Source: Octopus vulgaris (Eukaryota). Taken from it: a DNA stretch of 64,000 bases. Shown piece by piece: positions 12,678-26,187 of this stretch. Made by a program: the position numbers and the translations under genes. The notes below the pieces were generated by a model that saw nothing but the letters and a program-made list of their open reading frames with translations, ran no database searches and had not been told where the DNA came from. Every line of letters begins with the position of its first letter. Position 1 is the stretch's first letter. The stretch spans positions 124,062,001-124,126,000 of the forward strand of contig OX597814.1 in the NCBI GenBank assembly GCA_951406725.2. The letters are read 5' to 3'.

Positions 12678-12832
12678 TTATGTGCACGAGTTGCTGTGTG
12701 GTATGTAGCTCACTTACCAACCATATGGTTCCGGGTTCAGTCCCTCTGTGTGACATCTTGGGCAAGTGTCTTCTACCACAGCTTCGAGCCTTGTGAGTGA
12801 ATTTGGTAGATGGAAACTGAAAGAAGTCCATC

Positions 12833-12876
<44 letters not shown>

Positions 12877-13092
12877 TGTGTGTGTGTGTTTGCGTGTCTG
12901 TGTTTCCCCTCCCCCCAGCATCACTTAACAACCAATGCTGGAGTGTTTACGTCCCTGTAACTCAGAGGTTTGGCAAAAGAGGCCGATAGAATAAGTACTA
13001 GGCTTACAAAGAATAAGTCCTGGGGTCGATTGGCTTGACTAAAGGCAGTGCTCCAGCATGGCCACTATCAAATGACTGAAACAAGTACAAGA

Positions 13093-13134
<42 letters not shown>

Positions 13135-13547
13135 ATCAGAATTCTTCTTTTCTTTTCTTTTTTTTCTTTTACTTGTTTCAGTCATTTGACTGCGGCCATG
13201 CTGGAGCACCGCCTTTTAATAGAGCGACTCGACCCCGGGACTTATTCTTTGTAAGCCCAGTTCTTATTTTATCGGTCTCTTTTGCCGAACCGCTAAGTGA
13301 CAGGGACATAAACACACCAGCATCGGTTGTCAAGCAATGCTAGAGGGACAAACACAAGCACACACACATATATATATACATATATACGACGGGCTTCTTT
13401 CAGTTTCCGTCTACCAAATCCACTCACAAGGCTTTGGTCAGCCCGAGGCTATAGTAGAAGACACTTGCCCAAGGTGCCACGGAGTGGGACTGAACCCGGA
13501 ACCATGTGGTTGGTAAGCAAGCTACTTACCACACAGCCACTCCTGCG

Positions 13548-13591
<44 letters not shown>

Positions 13592-14212
13592 GCATTTGTT
13601 CTGTTGATGTTTCTCAAGCTGTTTACTGATATCATTACTATTTTCTAAGCTGCAACTTCCTATGCATGCATTGCTGCACCTCCCTCTCTGCTGCATTACA
13701 CACATCAAATGCACGATGAACAAGAGTCCCACCACTGATACAGTTACTAAACCCGAAGCAAACCTGGGGTGGAGAGGGCAAACCTCTGATGAGATTGTGA
13801 ATGATGACAAAAGGACCTTGACAAACTTAAATGATTGATCGATAAACCAACTGATTAATCAAAGTATCGATTAGTTAAATGGTTAAATAGTTCACCAATT
13901 AACATATAAATAATACAGAAGTGAAATAGAACCAGTGTGTGTATGTGTGTGTGTGTTGGCATAATGACCCTCTTGAGATACACATAATGCATCATGTGAA
14001 GTAAATCATTAAACTCTGATTGATTCAGCACATTCTCCTCTTTCTTCAGTAGTCTTGCTGCCTCTCTCATCCACTCCTATTTATCTTGTTCATTTCTTAG
14101 TTCTTCTCCTCCACCTCTTTCTCTGGTTTGTCAAAGAGGTTCCGTTCTGAGAGAAATGGAATTGTCATTGCATTCTGAAAATTATTTAGATTGTCTGTAT
14201 GGTATGACACTG

Positions 14213-14214
<2 letters not shown>

Positions 14215-14245
<31 letters not shown>

Positions 14246-14381
14246 CTATATTTAATTACTGTTTGCATGTGCTTGTGGTCATACGTGCACACATATAGGT
14301 GTATGTGTATGCTCATGTGAACATGTGTGTGTGTGCATGATTGCAACTGTTTTTCTCTGGGTATGATTGCATATATGTGTG

Positions 14382-14431
<50 letters not shown>

Positions 14432-14540
14432 TATGTGAGTTGTATGTCTGTATGTCATGACTGTGTGTGTGTGTGTGTGTGTACATGACTGCAACTGTTT
14501 CTCTCTGGGTGTGATTGCATATATGTGTGCATACGTGTGT

Positions 14541-14578
<38 letters not shown>

Positions 14579-15325
14579 GTGTGTATGTGAGCTGTATGTC
14601 TGCATGGCATGACTGTGTGTGTGTGAGTGTGTGTGTCTGTACAGCATGGCTATATGTATGTGTGCATATGTGAATGTTTGAGTGCGTGTGCATGTGTGCA
14701 CGTGTGTGTGTGTGCGTGCGTGCATGTGTGTGTATGTGAGTGTGTATGTGAGCTGTATATCTGTATGGTATGACTGTGTGAGAGTATGTGTGTGTGAGTG
14801 CGTATGTGAATGTGTGTGCCTGTAGAGGCTGACTCTGTGTGTGTGTATGTGTGTGTATATGCGTATGTGTGTGTGTGTGTATATGTGTGTCTGCAAGGCA
14901 TGACTATGCATATGTGTACCTATGTGAATGTGTGTGTCCATATGGCATGAATGTCTGAATGTGTGTGTGTGTGTGTGTGCATGCATGTTAGGAAGTGTAA
15001 ATACGAGTGTGTGTGTCTGTATAACAAGACAATGTGTTTGCATGTGTGTATGTGAGTGTGTTTCTCTATGGCATCCAGTTTGTGTGCATTTGCATGTGTG
15101 AGTCTATATGTATGTGTGTACATTTGTGTGTATGTGTGCATGCACATGTAAGTGTTTGTGTGTGTATGTGTATGCTTGTGTGCATGTCAGGAATCATATG
15201 TATAAGTGAAAGTAGCTGTAAAACAGTGTGTTTGCATATTTGTATATGTGAATGTCTCTTGTTTTATGTGTGTGTATGCATGTGTGCATGTGTGTGTGTA
15301 TGCGTGTGTGTGTGTGTGTGTGTTG
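14215..15325. repeat. Compound (TG)n/(TA)n array with an internal duplicated block
   Basis: Dinucleotide runs; block ATGA(T/C)TGCAACTGTTT..CTCTGGGT..GATTGC at ~14337 and ~14486. Confidence 0.9.
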
Positions 15326-15429
15326 TAAGGCGTACACGCAGCAGCTAATAAATTGTCTGTAATTAGAAGAGATAGTTTCTCATGCTATCCACAGAAATTC
15401 CTATTTTCTTCACCAATTTCATTAGCTTG

Positions 15430-15710
15430 CCACCACCACAACCACCACCATTACCACCACCACCACCACCACCACCACCACCACCACCACCATAACCACC
15501 ATAAAACACCACAACCACCACCACAACCACTACCACTAAAAGCACTACCCCACCACTACCGCCACCACCACTACAACATACAACACCACCGTCACCACCA
15601 CCGCCTCCTACAACTACTACTACCATTGCGACCACCAGTGGCACCACCACTGCCACCACCACTCTGAACACTATGATCACAACCCACCACCACCACCACC
15701 ACCACCACCA
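15430..15710. repeat. (CAC)n trinucleotide array; similar arrays at 20420-20770, 25190-25500 (GAT) and 52430-52950
   Basis: Directly visible; explains the poly-H/T/V/M ORFs. Confidence 0.95.
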
Positions 15711-16044
15711 GAACTGCAGTAATTACTGCTTCAGCTCTTTTGTTTCTCATTGGCTTCACAACAAGAACTTCAAGGCTTTTAAAAAAAATCCTTCTTAAGT
15801 TTTCAAATTATTGAAAAAAACATTTATTTATTAATTATGATATAATGTACTGAGTCAGTGTGTAGATGTGTGTGTATGTGTGTGTGTGTGTTGAGGTAGT
15901 TGTACGTATGTGCACTAGTATATACGTACATATATCTATATGCATATGGGTGTATGTTTTTTCCATATATATATATATGTATGCATATATATATGCCATA
16001 TATATGTATGTGTGTGTGCATATATATATTCATATATGTATATA

Positions 16045-16114
<70 letters not shown>

Positions 16115-16329
16115 CATACACACACACACATATATATATATATGCATATATGCATACATAGATACACACACATATACATATACACACACACACACACGTG
16201 GTCTGATCAACAAGTATCCAGACTGGTGCTATAAAAACAAAACTATCACACATATCAATTTGGCATTTAATCTCCTTCGAAGTATTCACCAGCAGATATA
16301 ATTCCATGAATTAATCCTGTGAATTAATC

Positions 16330-16598
16330 TTGAAGAAGTCCTACCACCATATAGTCACCATATAAATAGAATATGATAACTTTCTTAGCATTTAACCAAA
16401 TGCTTGAAAATTCTGATCAACTAGATGATAGGACCGAAACATATATGTAGGTTTCTTTATTTCATTTTTGAGCTTTACAATTTGTAATAAATTTATTTGT
16501 ACTGTTGTTTTTAAAAGAAATTTTCATCATTTTATAACATACAAATAAATTATTCATACATCCATTAGTTTTCCATTTCCATTTTTCCTTCAATACTG

Positions 16599-16651
<53 letters not shown>

Positions 16652-17760
16652 GTATATATATATATATGCATATATGAACTGTCAATTCAAGGTTTTGTTT
16701 TCGCCAATTTTTCTTTAAATCTTCCATGAATCCTGCTATAAGAACTAGATCACAATTATGTAGGAGCTTCTTTGACAATCAGTCTTAAACCCCACTTCTA
16801 TGGCTTGCTGGACCATAATAAATAGGAGGGTGTCTGGGAACTGAGCCCTGGTGAACACCTACTTGCATTCCATATCACTGACATTATTGTCAAACTTCAC
16901 TTACTGACTGCATTTCTGTATATAACCTGTATTGCTCTCACCAGTCAATCTTTGACACCAAGTTTTCTTAGTGACCATCAAACCAGAGATCACAGTAGTC
17001 TGCCAAAAGCTTTCTCTAGATCAATAACTGCCAGAGAGAAAGGTGCGCACTTGACTAGAAACATCTTTTGCTGTAGTCTCTCTGAAGAGCACATCAATGG
17101 TACTCTAACCTGGAATAAATCTGAACTTCATCACTTCTAGGCATGTTATAAAATGATGAAAATTTCTTTTAGAAGACACCATCATCATCATTTAACGTCC
17201 GTTTTCCATGCTAGCATGGGTTGGACGGTTTTGACTGAGGGCTGGCAACCAGATGGTTGCACCAGGCTCCAGTCTTGATTTGGCAGAGTTTCTACAGCTA
17301 GATGCCCTTCCTAACGCCAACCACTCTGATAGTGTAGTGGGTGCTTTTTACATAACAGTACAAATAAATTTATTACAAGATGTAAAGCTCAAAAATAAAA
17401 TAAAGGAATCTACATATATGTTTCAGTCCTATCATGTAGTTGATCAGAATTTTCAAGCATTTGGTTAAATGTTAAGAAACGTATCATATTCTAACTATAT
17501 GGTGGTAACAGTTATGAGTTGCTTCATCACTTTGATACCCCTGTAGTTGTTACTTTTTTAGGGTGTCTCCTTTGCCCTTATAACAGCCAATAATCATACT
17601 GCTATGCCAGTTATCAGATATGATATCTCGTTATACAATATAACTTGTAATAAATTTATTTGTACTGTTATGTTCTTTAAAAGAAATTTTCATCATTTTA
17701 TAACATACATATAAATTATTCATACATCCATTATTTCTCCATTTTCTTTTCTCCCTGTTC
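16330..17760. mobile_element. Two copies of a Penelope-like AT-rich repeat (16330-16600; 17352-17760 with inverted architecture)
   Basis: 17352-17530 is the reverse complement of ~16330-16510; 17644-17750 is a direct copy of ~16482-16590; degenerate hammerhead-like CTGATCA..GAAACATATATGTA at 16405-16456. Confidence 0.6.
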
Positions 17761-17887
17761 TATTTTACCAGATATTTTCAATTTCTCAGTGATTATATCA
17801 GTAGGTCAGCTGCTTTCTTTGACTTTGTATTCTCATTTATACCCCTTCTTTCTCTCTGTATACATAATACACACATACATACATACA

Positions 17888-17921
<34 letters not shown>

Positions 17922-17942
17922 CCAGGTATGTTGGTATGTTTC

Positions 17943-17983
<41 letters not shown>

Positions 17984-18019
17984 CTGTGTGCAGTATAGTA
18001 TAGTAGGGTCAGTTGGGCA

Positions 18020-18690
18020 CTGTTTGGGAGAAAAACAGCTCCATGACACAATTCGCTCTGCCAGAAATTTGGGAACAACATGTTTGGCATTTGTGACAGA
18101 AGCTTCAATATGAACAGATGATGAACACACAGAACAACTGTTGGCTTGCTGCATCCCCTAAACATGTACTGAAGGGGATAAAAATCAAACATCCAATCAA
18201 CATCATGGTGTTTGAAATGATCACTAGTTATGGTAACGTTATGCCTCCATTCATCTTCTCACATGACCTCAGGCTCAACATGGAGGCCTACATCAAGTGC
18301 CTGGAGGAGCTAGTGCTGCTCTGGGTCAAAAGGGTAGCTGTTGGAAGACTCTATGTTTGGCAACAGGACTCTGTACCATGCCACACAAGCAGTCTTGGCT
18401 GTTAGACAATTTCTGTGACCACATCAGCCCTAACATCTGGTCTCTTAACTTCCCACACTGCAACCCCCTTGATTATTATGTGTAGGGCGCAGTTGAGTGA
18501 GAGACCAACAAAACTCTTTGTAACACCAAAGATGAACTGAAGGCAAGGATCATGGCAGCATTCACCAACTTAAATAAAAAGACCATCCAGAAGAGCTGCA
18601 GGAGGTACTGAAGTCGTCTGGATGCCATGGTTGAAGCGAATGGCGATTTTGTTGAATAAATTTACTCTTTAGTATTTCAAGATATTTTTA
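18020..18690 (+). mobile_element. Tc1/mariner transposase remnant, probably maT (DD37D)-like
   Basis: KHPINIMVF..YVWQQDSVPCHT..NIWSLNFPHCNPLDYYV..VEANGDFVE* across frameshifts. Confidence 0.8.
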
Positions 18691-18716
18691 ATACATATTG
18701 AAGAATGGAAAGTTCT

Positions 18717-18751
<35 letters not shown>

Positions 18752-18914
18752 TACATACACACATACATACATATATATGATGATGATGATGATGTTGTTG
18801 ATGATGATGTTGATGATGATGATTATGATATATAAATGTGTATGCATGTGTGTTTATGAATATTGTTCCAAATATTTAAATCTCTACACTATCTGGTTCC
18901 AACACTTCTTTAAG

Positions 18915-19005
18915 AGTTCTGGCATCAGTGCTAAAATTGGATTTGTGGGAAGAAAAATTCTTCATCAAGGAGGAACTGTCCAGACTGATTCTGCGTAAAA
19001 TCAAG
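18915..19005 (+). CDS. Exon of UNC13D/BAIAP3-like gene
   Basis: ttctttaag acceptor, AAG|gtataa donor; VLASVLKLDLWEEKFFIKEELSRLILRKIK; phase 2 to 0 links the flanking exons. This frame is not in the supplied ORF track. Confidence 0.8.
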
Positions 19006-20790
19006 GTATAACTATTTCATTATCTTATTATTGTCACATGATCTAGGAGGGTCATAGGGAAAAGATAGGAACTTGGGAATTCATTATATTTGGGGGAATC
19101 AAAAACTGCAAAGATGTCAAATTTTTCAAAGACCTGCTGTTGTTCCAGTATTTAGTCAGCTATTCTGAATCCAGGCTCAGAACCACACTGTTTGTCATCT
19201 AATTTGTACTTGACATTGTTCTTACAGCTCTTCTGGTTAGTGGGGGGTGGGGAGGTCATCTAACATAGCATTTACAGCACTAAGTTTAACCTCCCAAAGC
19301 TTCAGGCCTTGTGCCTATAATAGAAAGGATTATTATTATTATTATTGAGTGAGAGAGCAGTGCATGCCATCGAAGTGACGCTGGGGCAAAATATATGAAA
19401 CCCAGTATACCCATCATGACTACCCATCTGATAAGGGTACACTAGGCACATGCATCACAACCATATGTGTGCAATATGGTTTCATACCAAGATAAACAGC
19501 ACATGACCTTGCAGGTGGAACCCAGTTAGAATTTTCTTCTGGTCAAGTAGCCCATCCTGCTCAAAAGGTCTCTGAATAAGGGTTGTTTAAGGATGTTGAA
19601 CGAAACACCCATGTTTCCAGAGGTGAATTATTCAAGTCCCAAAGAATCCCTCTCAACACATGGCTATGATGCTCCCCCCACTACTTCTGCTCATGATCAG
19701 AGATGCACATATTGTCAGCCACTAAGGGACATGCTCAACTGGTTACGGTCAAACAACTGACAAGCAAATCTGTGGTATTGAGAAGAATATTTGCTGTAGT
19801 CCATCTTTTATACCAAGACAAAACAATGTACATGATAACCCTTCCAATCAGTTAAGATCAGAAGCCATGAGTGCCACTGCCTGGTACTGCATTATTGTTA
19901 TTATTATTATACCTGTGTTTGTTTCGATATTAAGAATGAAAAAAATCGATTTTATTTGTAAAAACTTTTGGATCTTGGTTTGCAGCCTCAAAGCATATTT
20001 CATACCTGCCCTTAGGATTAAGGCACCAACCAGCAATTACCATCTTACCCGTCCATCCCTCTTCAACATTCAACACTTTCAGCTGCATTTAATCAAGCTG
20101 TATATAGGTTCAATAAGTAAGTGCATTTCACCACTTACAGCAGTAGGAGAACTGCATAATTAACAAGTGATTTGGTACTTGGTATTCCTGAGTTCAGTTT
20201 CTACCATGGCGAGGATCTTAGAAAATTGGGCATTTGAATCAAATAACAACCCCCAAAGATAAATGGAATATAACCAACTGAGCCTTTTCATGACACACAA
20301 CATGAAGGTGGAGTAATCAGTGGAGGTCTCGCAAAATAAGCCAACAGCATTTCATATCAAGTATTCAGTGAAATAGAGAATATATTCTTATTCTTTTGAT
20401 CTTGTTCATTTTACAAGTTATTACCACCACCACTACCACCACCACCACCACCACCACCACCACGACCACAACCATGACCACAACCACCACGACCACTACC
20501 ACCACCACCAAGACCACCACAATGACGACGACAACGATGATCACCACCACCACCACTAACACCACCACCATTATGAGAAACAGCAACAGCATTATTTTAT
20601 TGTTATTATTATTACTGTTCTTTATTATTATTATTATTACTATTATTGTTATTATTATTATTACTACTATAGCTGTGGTTGTTGAGATGTAATTGTTATT
20701 ATTATTATTGTTGTTGTTGTTTGTTATTGTTGCTACTGCTGTTGTTGTTGTTGTCAGCATTATTATTATTAAAATGAAAACTTGTTGCAG

Positions 20791-20997
20791 ACAGACACAT
20801 CAAAGTGGGCTGAAATCAATCTGAAACTTATCGAGAGCAAAATAGAGAAGGACAACGTTGTACCAGAGAGTGAAAATTTGTGTGAACTTCTGAACAAAGT
20901 CATAGGCCATTGTACACCTGTTGGAACAATCACCTGTTTCCTGAAGACATTTGGCATTGATTATTACAGTCATGTCTCACTAACTATTGACAGCCAT
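20791..20997 (+). CDS. Exon of UNC13D/BAIAP3-like gene
   Basis: ttgttgcag acceptor, CAT|gtaaga donor; TDTSKW..LCELLNKVIGH..FGIDYYSHVSLTIDSH resembles UNC13D TGTTEW..LLGLVQDVIGD (recalled). Confidence 0.88.
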
Positions 20998-21139
20998 GTA
21001 AGAAACATTTTTAAGTATCAAATTTATCATTGACTTAACCATTTATCGATAATAAACATGTACAGTCATCATATCAGCTCATCCTTATCATAGTAACTAT
21101 AATAATAATAATTGTTGAAATTATTAAGAGATGATTGAT

Positions 21140-21680
21140 GAAAGTATCAATCTTCTCTTGAGTGAATGCAGTAAGCTAGCACAAAAAGAATATAAACATA
21201 GGTGAGACTGTGGAAGTAAATGAGTGCCTTGGGATGTCAGCTTAGTATGCAGCTTCAAAACAACAGGAAAGTGGTATGAGTACAAAACAAAGCAGAGTCT
21301 GTGAGAGAGAATAAGAATTACAGGTCCCTATGTGACCTCCCTATAAAGACTAACTATGCTATTGAAGTAAGAAGACCAGTTATGATTATAGAAAACAAAA
21401 TTGTGTAAGATTAGAGACTTTGCAGCACCCTATGATGATAGAATTGATACCAAAGAAGTTGAAAAAATTGAGAAATATCAGGATCAAGTCAGAGAGCTGA
21501 GGAGACTGTGGAAGACCAAGACAACAATTATTCCTGGGTATTTGGTGCACTTGGCACACAAGCCAAAATGTTACCTGTAGGAATAAAAGAGACTGGAATT
21601 GAAACTTGCAGAAAAGTACCATCTTGTATCCTACCAAAATTCTAAGAAAGATTTTTAAGATTTGAAGAAACTTATCATCA
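21140..21680 (+). mobile_element. Non-LTR retrotransposon remnant, zinc-knuckle/restriction-like endonuclease end (R4/NeSL-like)
   Basis: Degenerate ECSKLAQKEYKHR, KWYE, KEVEKIEKYQD..ELRRLWK. Confidence 0.65.
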
Positions 21681-21719
21681 AACCTCAAAATAACATTCCT
21701 TCTTATTAGATTAACATGT

Positions 21720-22330
21720 ACTAGCTTAATGGTGGTCCGTCCTGTTGATTTCAACTTATGAGTATTGATAATAGGGAAGTGCCAGAGTCTTAATGGCTTC
21801 AATGCGATTTTTGGAGTTGAGTTCAATTTCAGTATGAGTCTTACTCTTCTGTAATACTCCCTTCTTATTTTTTCCTTCATAGTAGCATGTATACCATCTC
21901 CTTCATTTATCTCCAGGTATTTATAGCTTTCTTGTGGATCAAACTCTTTGATGGTAGTGTTGGTATCTAATTTAATGGAAGCTGTTTGTTTGAGCTTGCC
22001 TCTTATGAAAGTTACTTTAGCGCACACTTATCAATTCTAAATTTTTCTCTGATTTGTATGTACTGCACTCTGTCCAGTTCAAATCTTTTATTTGCTTTCT
22101 TCTTAAAGTGAATTTTATGCCAGTTCCACTACTGAAACTAGTTACTATCTATAGGAGTGTTTCTAGTTATCATGTGCAGTATATAAATTGAACTCATCCT
22201 TATATAACATCCATATGTAAAAGATGGTTTATTGTCGTTTCATGTATTTGCATCCAGGTCCAGCCTAGCTTAGCATATTGGTGAGTTAATGCCAGGCAGA
22301 AAAGATAGAATAATTACATAAAGACTTCAT
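21720..22330 (-). mobile_element. Non-LTR reverse transcriptase remnant (R4/Dong-like)
   Basis: ORF 21386-22027 segment ESYKYLEINEGDGIHATMKEKIRREYYRRVRLILK (RT thumb region). Confidence 0.75.
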
Positions 22331-22724
22331 CATTGGCTTGCATTTTGGTGGCTGTCATTATTGTTTAACCCCAGGCCAAACCTCATTGAGCAGACTGATG
22401 ATCAAAAGCTTTCAGCTGAAAACATCTGGCTTTAGTAAGGGTATCTAAAATTACATCATCCATTGTAATCTTCCATTATTTAGAGTGGTAGGGTGGGAAA
22501 TGAGGGAAATTTGGCTGTTATTTCTAGTGAGTCAGATCATCATATAAAGGTTCCTTTGTTGGCTTAGTGCACAGTGTTTATATTGACTGCTGTTGCTGTG
22601 TATAATTGAATGATAGTGATGATGATGATGATGAGGGATATGCTATAGCAAGACAATTATTATTTGATTAATGGTTAAACTAGTGTCACAATCAATCAAA
22701 TTCTTTATGTTTGTTTTTCTCCAG

Positions 22725-22885
22725 ATTTCCAAGAAAGCAAAACAACTGATGCTTGAAATGGACAAATACCAGAAGAAATATTACCGAATCTCAGCCAATA
22801 TCACGACAAGTTCTAAAGTATCTCTGCGACTGTATATCACTTTACGGAAGTTATGCAACATAATGAAAGGCAATTTTAGCCAAAG
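22725..22885 (+). CDS. Exon of UNC13D/BAIAP3-like gene (start of MHD1)
   Basis: tttctccag acceptor, AAG|gtactg donor; ISKKAKQL..VSLRLYITLRKLCNIM resembles UNC13D SLFQLYISLKELC (recalled); phase 0 to 2. Confidence 0.9.
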
Positions 22886-23015
22886 GTACTGCCAGAGAAT
22901 TTCATGATTGCATGTAAAGTTTGTTTCACAACTATATTTCTTGGGTTCACTCCCACTACATTGAACCTTGGGCAAGTACCTTCTACTATAGCACTGAACT
23001 GAACAATGCCTAGTG

Positions 23016-24219
23016 CAGGGGTTTCCAACCATTTTTATCTACTCTTTTACTTGTTTCAGTCATTTGACTGTGGCCATGCTGGAGCAGCGCCTTTTAGTCG
23101 AGCAAATCAACCCCAGGACTTATTCTTTGTAAGCCTAGTACTTATTTTATCGGTCTCTTTTGCTGAACCACTAAGTTATGGGGACATAAACACACCAGCA
23201 TCGGTTGTTAAGCAATGTTGGGGGGAACAAACACAGACACAAACACACACACACACACACACATACACATATATACGACAGGCTTCTTTCAGTTTCCGTC
23301 TACCAAATCCACTCACAAGGCTTTGGTCGGCCTGAGGCTATAGTAGAAGACACTTGTCCAAGGTGCCATGCAGTAGGACTGAACCCGGAACCATGTGGTT
23401 TGTAAGCAAGCTACTTACCACACAGCCACTCCTATGCCTATGGACACCTTTGATTACTCTTTTATTTGGGTGAACCCCCAGTCATTCAATGTTTAAAAAC
23501 TACCCACCGAGGTCGACTTTGCCTTTCATCCTGTCAGGGTTGATAAATTAAGTACTATTTGCATACTGGGGTCGAGCTAATCGACTGTCCCCCCCCTCTC
23601 AAAAATTTCGGGCCTTGTACCTAGAGTAGAAGAGAATGTTTAAAACCTAGTTTTATTTATTTTATTTTTTATTTTATCTAGTTTCAGTTCACAAGCTGTG
23701 GCCATGCTGGGGCACTGCCATTAAAGAGTACAACAGGGGTCGCCACTACCCGCTGTTGGAGCCTCATGGAGCTTTAGGTGTTTTCGCTCAATAAACACAC
23801 ACAACACCTGGTCTGGGAATCGAAACCGTGATCCCCCAACCGCGAGTCCACTGCCCTAACCACTGGGCCATTGCGCCTTTATAGATATTTCTATTTCTTT
23901 CAAAATTCCTATTTTGTTTTTCCTACATTAGATTGTCCTACCCCTGCTAACATGAAAGGCAGACATTAAATGATGATGATGATGGCGACGACGATGACGA
24001 CGACGATGACAGCTTGTGTAGTTGAATTATGTAAGATGCTAGAGAAAGAAATTTTGTTTCTTGCAATATATCCCAATATGTAAGTCTAAAATAAAATGTT
24101 TTCAGGGGATCTTAGACTACTATTGTGGATCCCTAGCTTACTACTTTACTTGTGTGGACCCTGCCAAAATCTTATGAGGACCCTCAGGGGCTCATATTGA
24201 TCGTGGTTGAGAACCACTG
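23016..24219. mobile_element. hAT (Charlie-like) MITE inserted in a family-1 SINE and containing further SINE insertions
   Basis: TIRs CAGGGGTTTCCAACC / GGTTGAGAACCACTG; perfect 8-bp TSD GCCTAGTG (23008-23015, 24220-24227). Confidence 0.85.
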
Positions 24220-25286
24220 GCCTAGTGAGTAGATTTGATATATGGAAACTGAAAGAATCCTGTTATGTGTGTGTGTGTATATATATAAATGCACATACAT
24301 ACAGACCCGCCTGGCACCTGTGCCGATGGCATGTAAAAGGCACCCACTACACTCACAGAGTGGTTGGCATTAGGAAAGGAATCCAGCTGTAGAAACACTG
24401 CCAGATCAGACTGGAGCCTGGTGCAGCCTCCTGGCTTCCCAGACCCCAGTCGAACCGTCCAACCTATGCTAGCATGGAAAGCAGACGTTAAACGATGATG
24501 ATGATGATGATGATACATTGTGTGGTAAGTAGCTTGTTTACCAACAACATGGTTCTGGGTTCAGTCCCACTGCGTGGCACCTCGGGCAAATATCTTCTAC
24601 TATAGCCTTGGGCCGACCAAAGCCTTGTGAGTGGATTTGGTAGACGGAAACTGAAAGAAGCCCGTTGTATATATGTATATATATATATATGCGTGTGTGT
24701 GTTTGTGTGTGTGTTTGTGTGTGTGTTTGTCCCCCTAGCATTGCTTGACAACCGATGTTAGTGTGTTTATGTCTCTGTTATTTAGCGGTTCGGCAAAAGA
24801 GACCAATAGAATAAGTACTGGGCTTACAAAAGAATAAGTCCCGGGGTCGAGTTGTTCGATTAAAGGCGGTGCTCCAGCATGGGTGCAGTCAAATGACTGA
24901 AACAAGTAAAAGAGAAAGAGACATGTATGTGTGTGTGTGTGTAATTGTCCATTTATTCACTGGAGTGAGATTCATATTTCCCACAAATTTGCTGGTTTGT
25001 AAACAATGGCTTTTTGATGGTGTCGTCTGCTTGCATTCCATTATCAAAAAGCATGATCAAGCTGTTTGTTGTTTGCAAGTATGTAGTGTTGGAGACAGGA
25101 ACAGCATCTTGTTTGAAAAAAGAAAAAAAAATCAAACTACTCTGACATATTCATGTTTGACTCATGCAAGCATGGAAAAGTAGATTAAAATGATAATGAC
25201 GATGACGACGACAACGACGATGATGATGATGATGATGATGATGATGATAGTGATGATGGTGATGATGACGATGCTGATGGTGGTGG

Positions 25287-25336
<50 letters not shown>

Positions 25337-25843
25337 GTGATAATGGTGATGATGATGATGATGATGATGGTGATGATGGTGATAATGATGGTGATAATAA
25401 TGATGAGGTGATCTGCAGCTAAATAACAACAGTAACAACAATAACAGCAATAACAACAACAACAATAACACAACAACAGCCACTACTACTGCCACCACCA
25501 CTCATTCCCTTGTACACCTTCCATCATCATCATCATCATCGTTGCCATCACCAATAGGGATTATGTTGATAGTGAATGTTGTTACATAGTAAGATCTAAA
25601 AGATATCGGAATAGGATGATAGTAAGTTTCAAGCTTGTACACAACTAGCGTTTGTGGCTAAATTAGTAAATCATTTATTTGTCTCCTCATGACGATGTAA
25701 ACAACCAGATGAGTTTTGTGTAACTTACATAACTAACAAGTTATGTAACTAACATTGCTTAGCTATGAAACATATGTAGTCTTTATTTACCTTTTCCATT
25801 GCTTACATCCTTATGTATATGTATTATCTATCTATGTATCTAT

Positions 25844-25959
<116 letters not shown>

Positions 25960-26060
25960 TTTTCTACACACACACACACACATATGTGTGTGTGTACAGA
26001 TATAGATATTATGTATGTTTGCATATGTAGATGTGTCTTTATATGTCCTTCATCTTGCAG

Positions 26061-26187
26061 AGAGCAGTTCTTGTTAGTAATTGCCAATTATCAAACATGG
26101 TTTCTGGAATCCTTGATCCACTGGTTGATGACGTTCAAAGTAGAATGCCAGAGTAGAATGTCGAGAGCACTAGAAATGGATAAAGAC
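26061..26187 (+). CDS. Exon of UNC13D/BAIAP3-like gene (MHD1 core)
   Basis: tcttgcag acceptor, GAC|gtaagt donor; NYQTWFLESLIHWL..SRMSRALEMDKD fits the Munc13 WF..WL..RA..D signature; phase 2 to 0. Confidence 0.93.

Noticed and set aside
14279-16307. Long His/Thr/Tyr/Ile/Val/Cys-rich ORFs here and throughout the window
   Set aside because: Translations of di-, tri- and tetranucleotide microsatellites
17772-17804. 33-nt symmetric micro-exon candidate (YFQFLSDYIS) with a good acceptor
   Set aside because: The direct join LKYKLG-VLASV matches the recalled UNC13D spacing (LQSLLR-VLVQM) without it, and its pyrimidine tract belongs to the repeat also present at ~16560
19345-19892. Unclassified interspersed-repeat-like segment bounded by (ATT)n
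   Set aside because: No motif or second copy in the window allows a call
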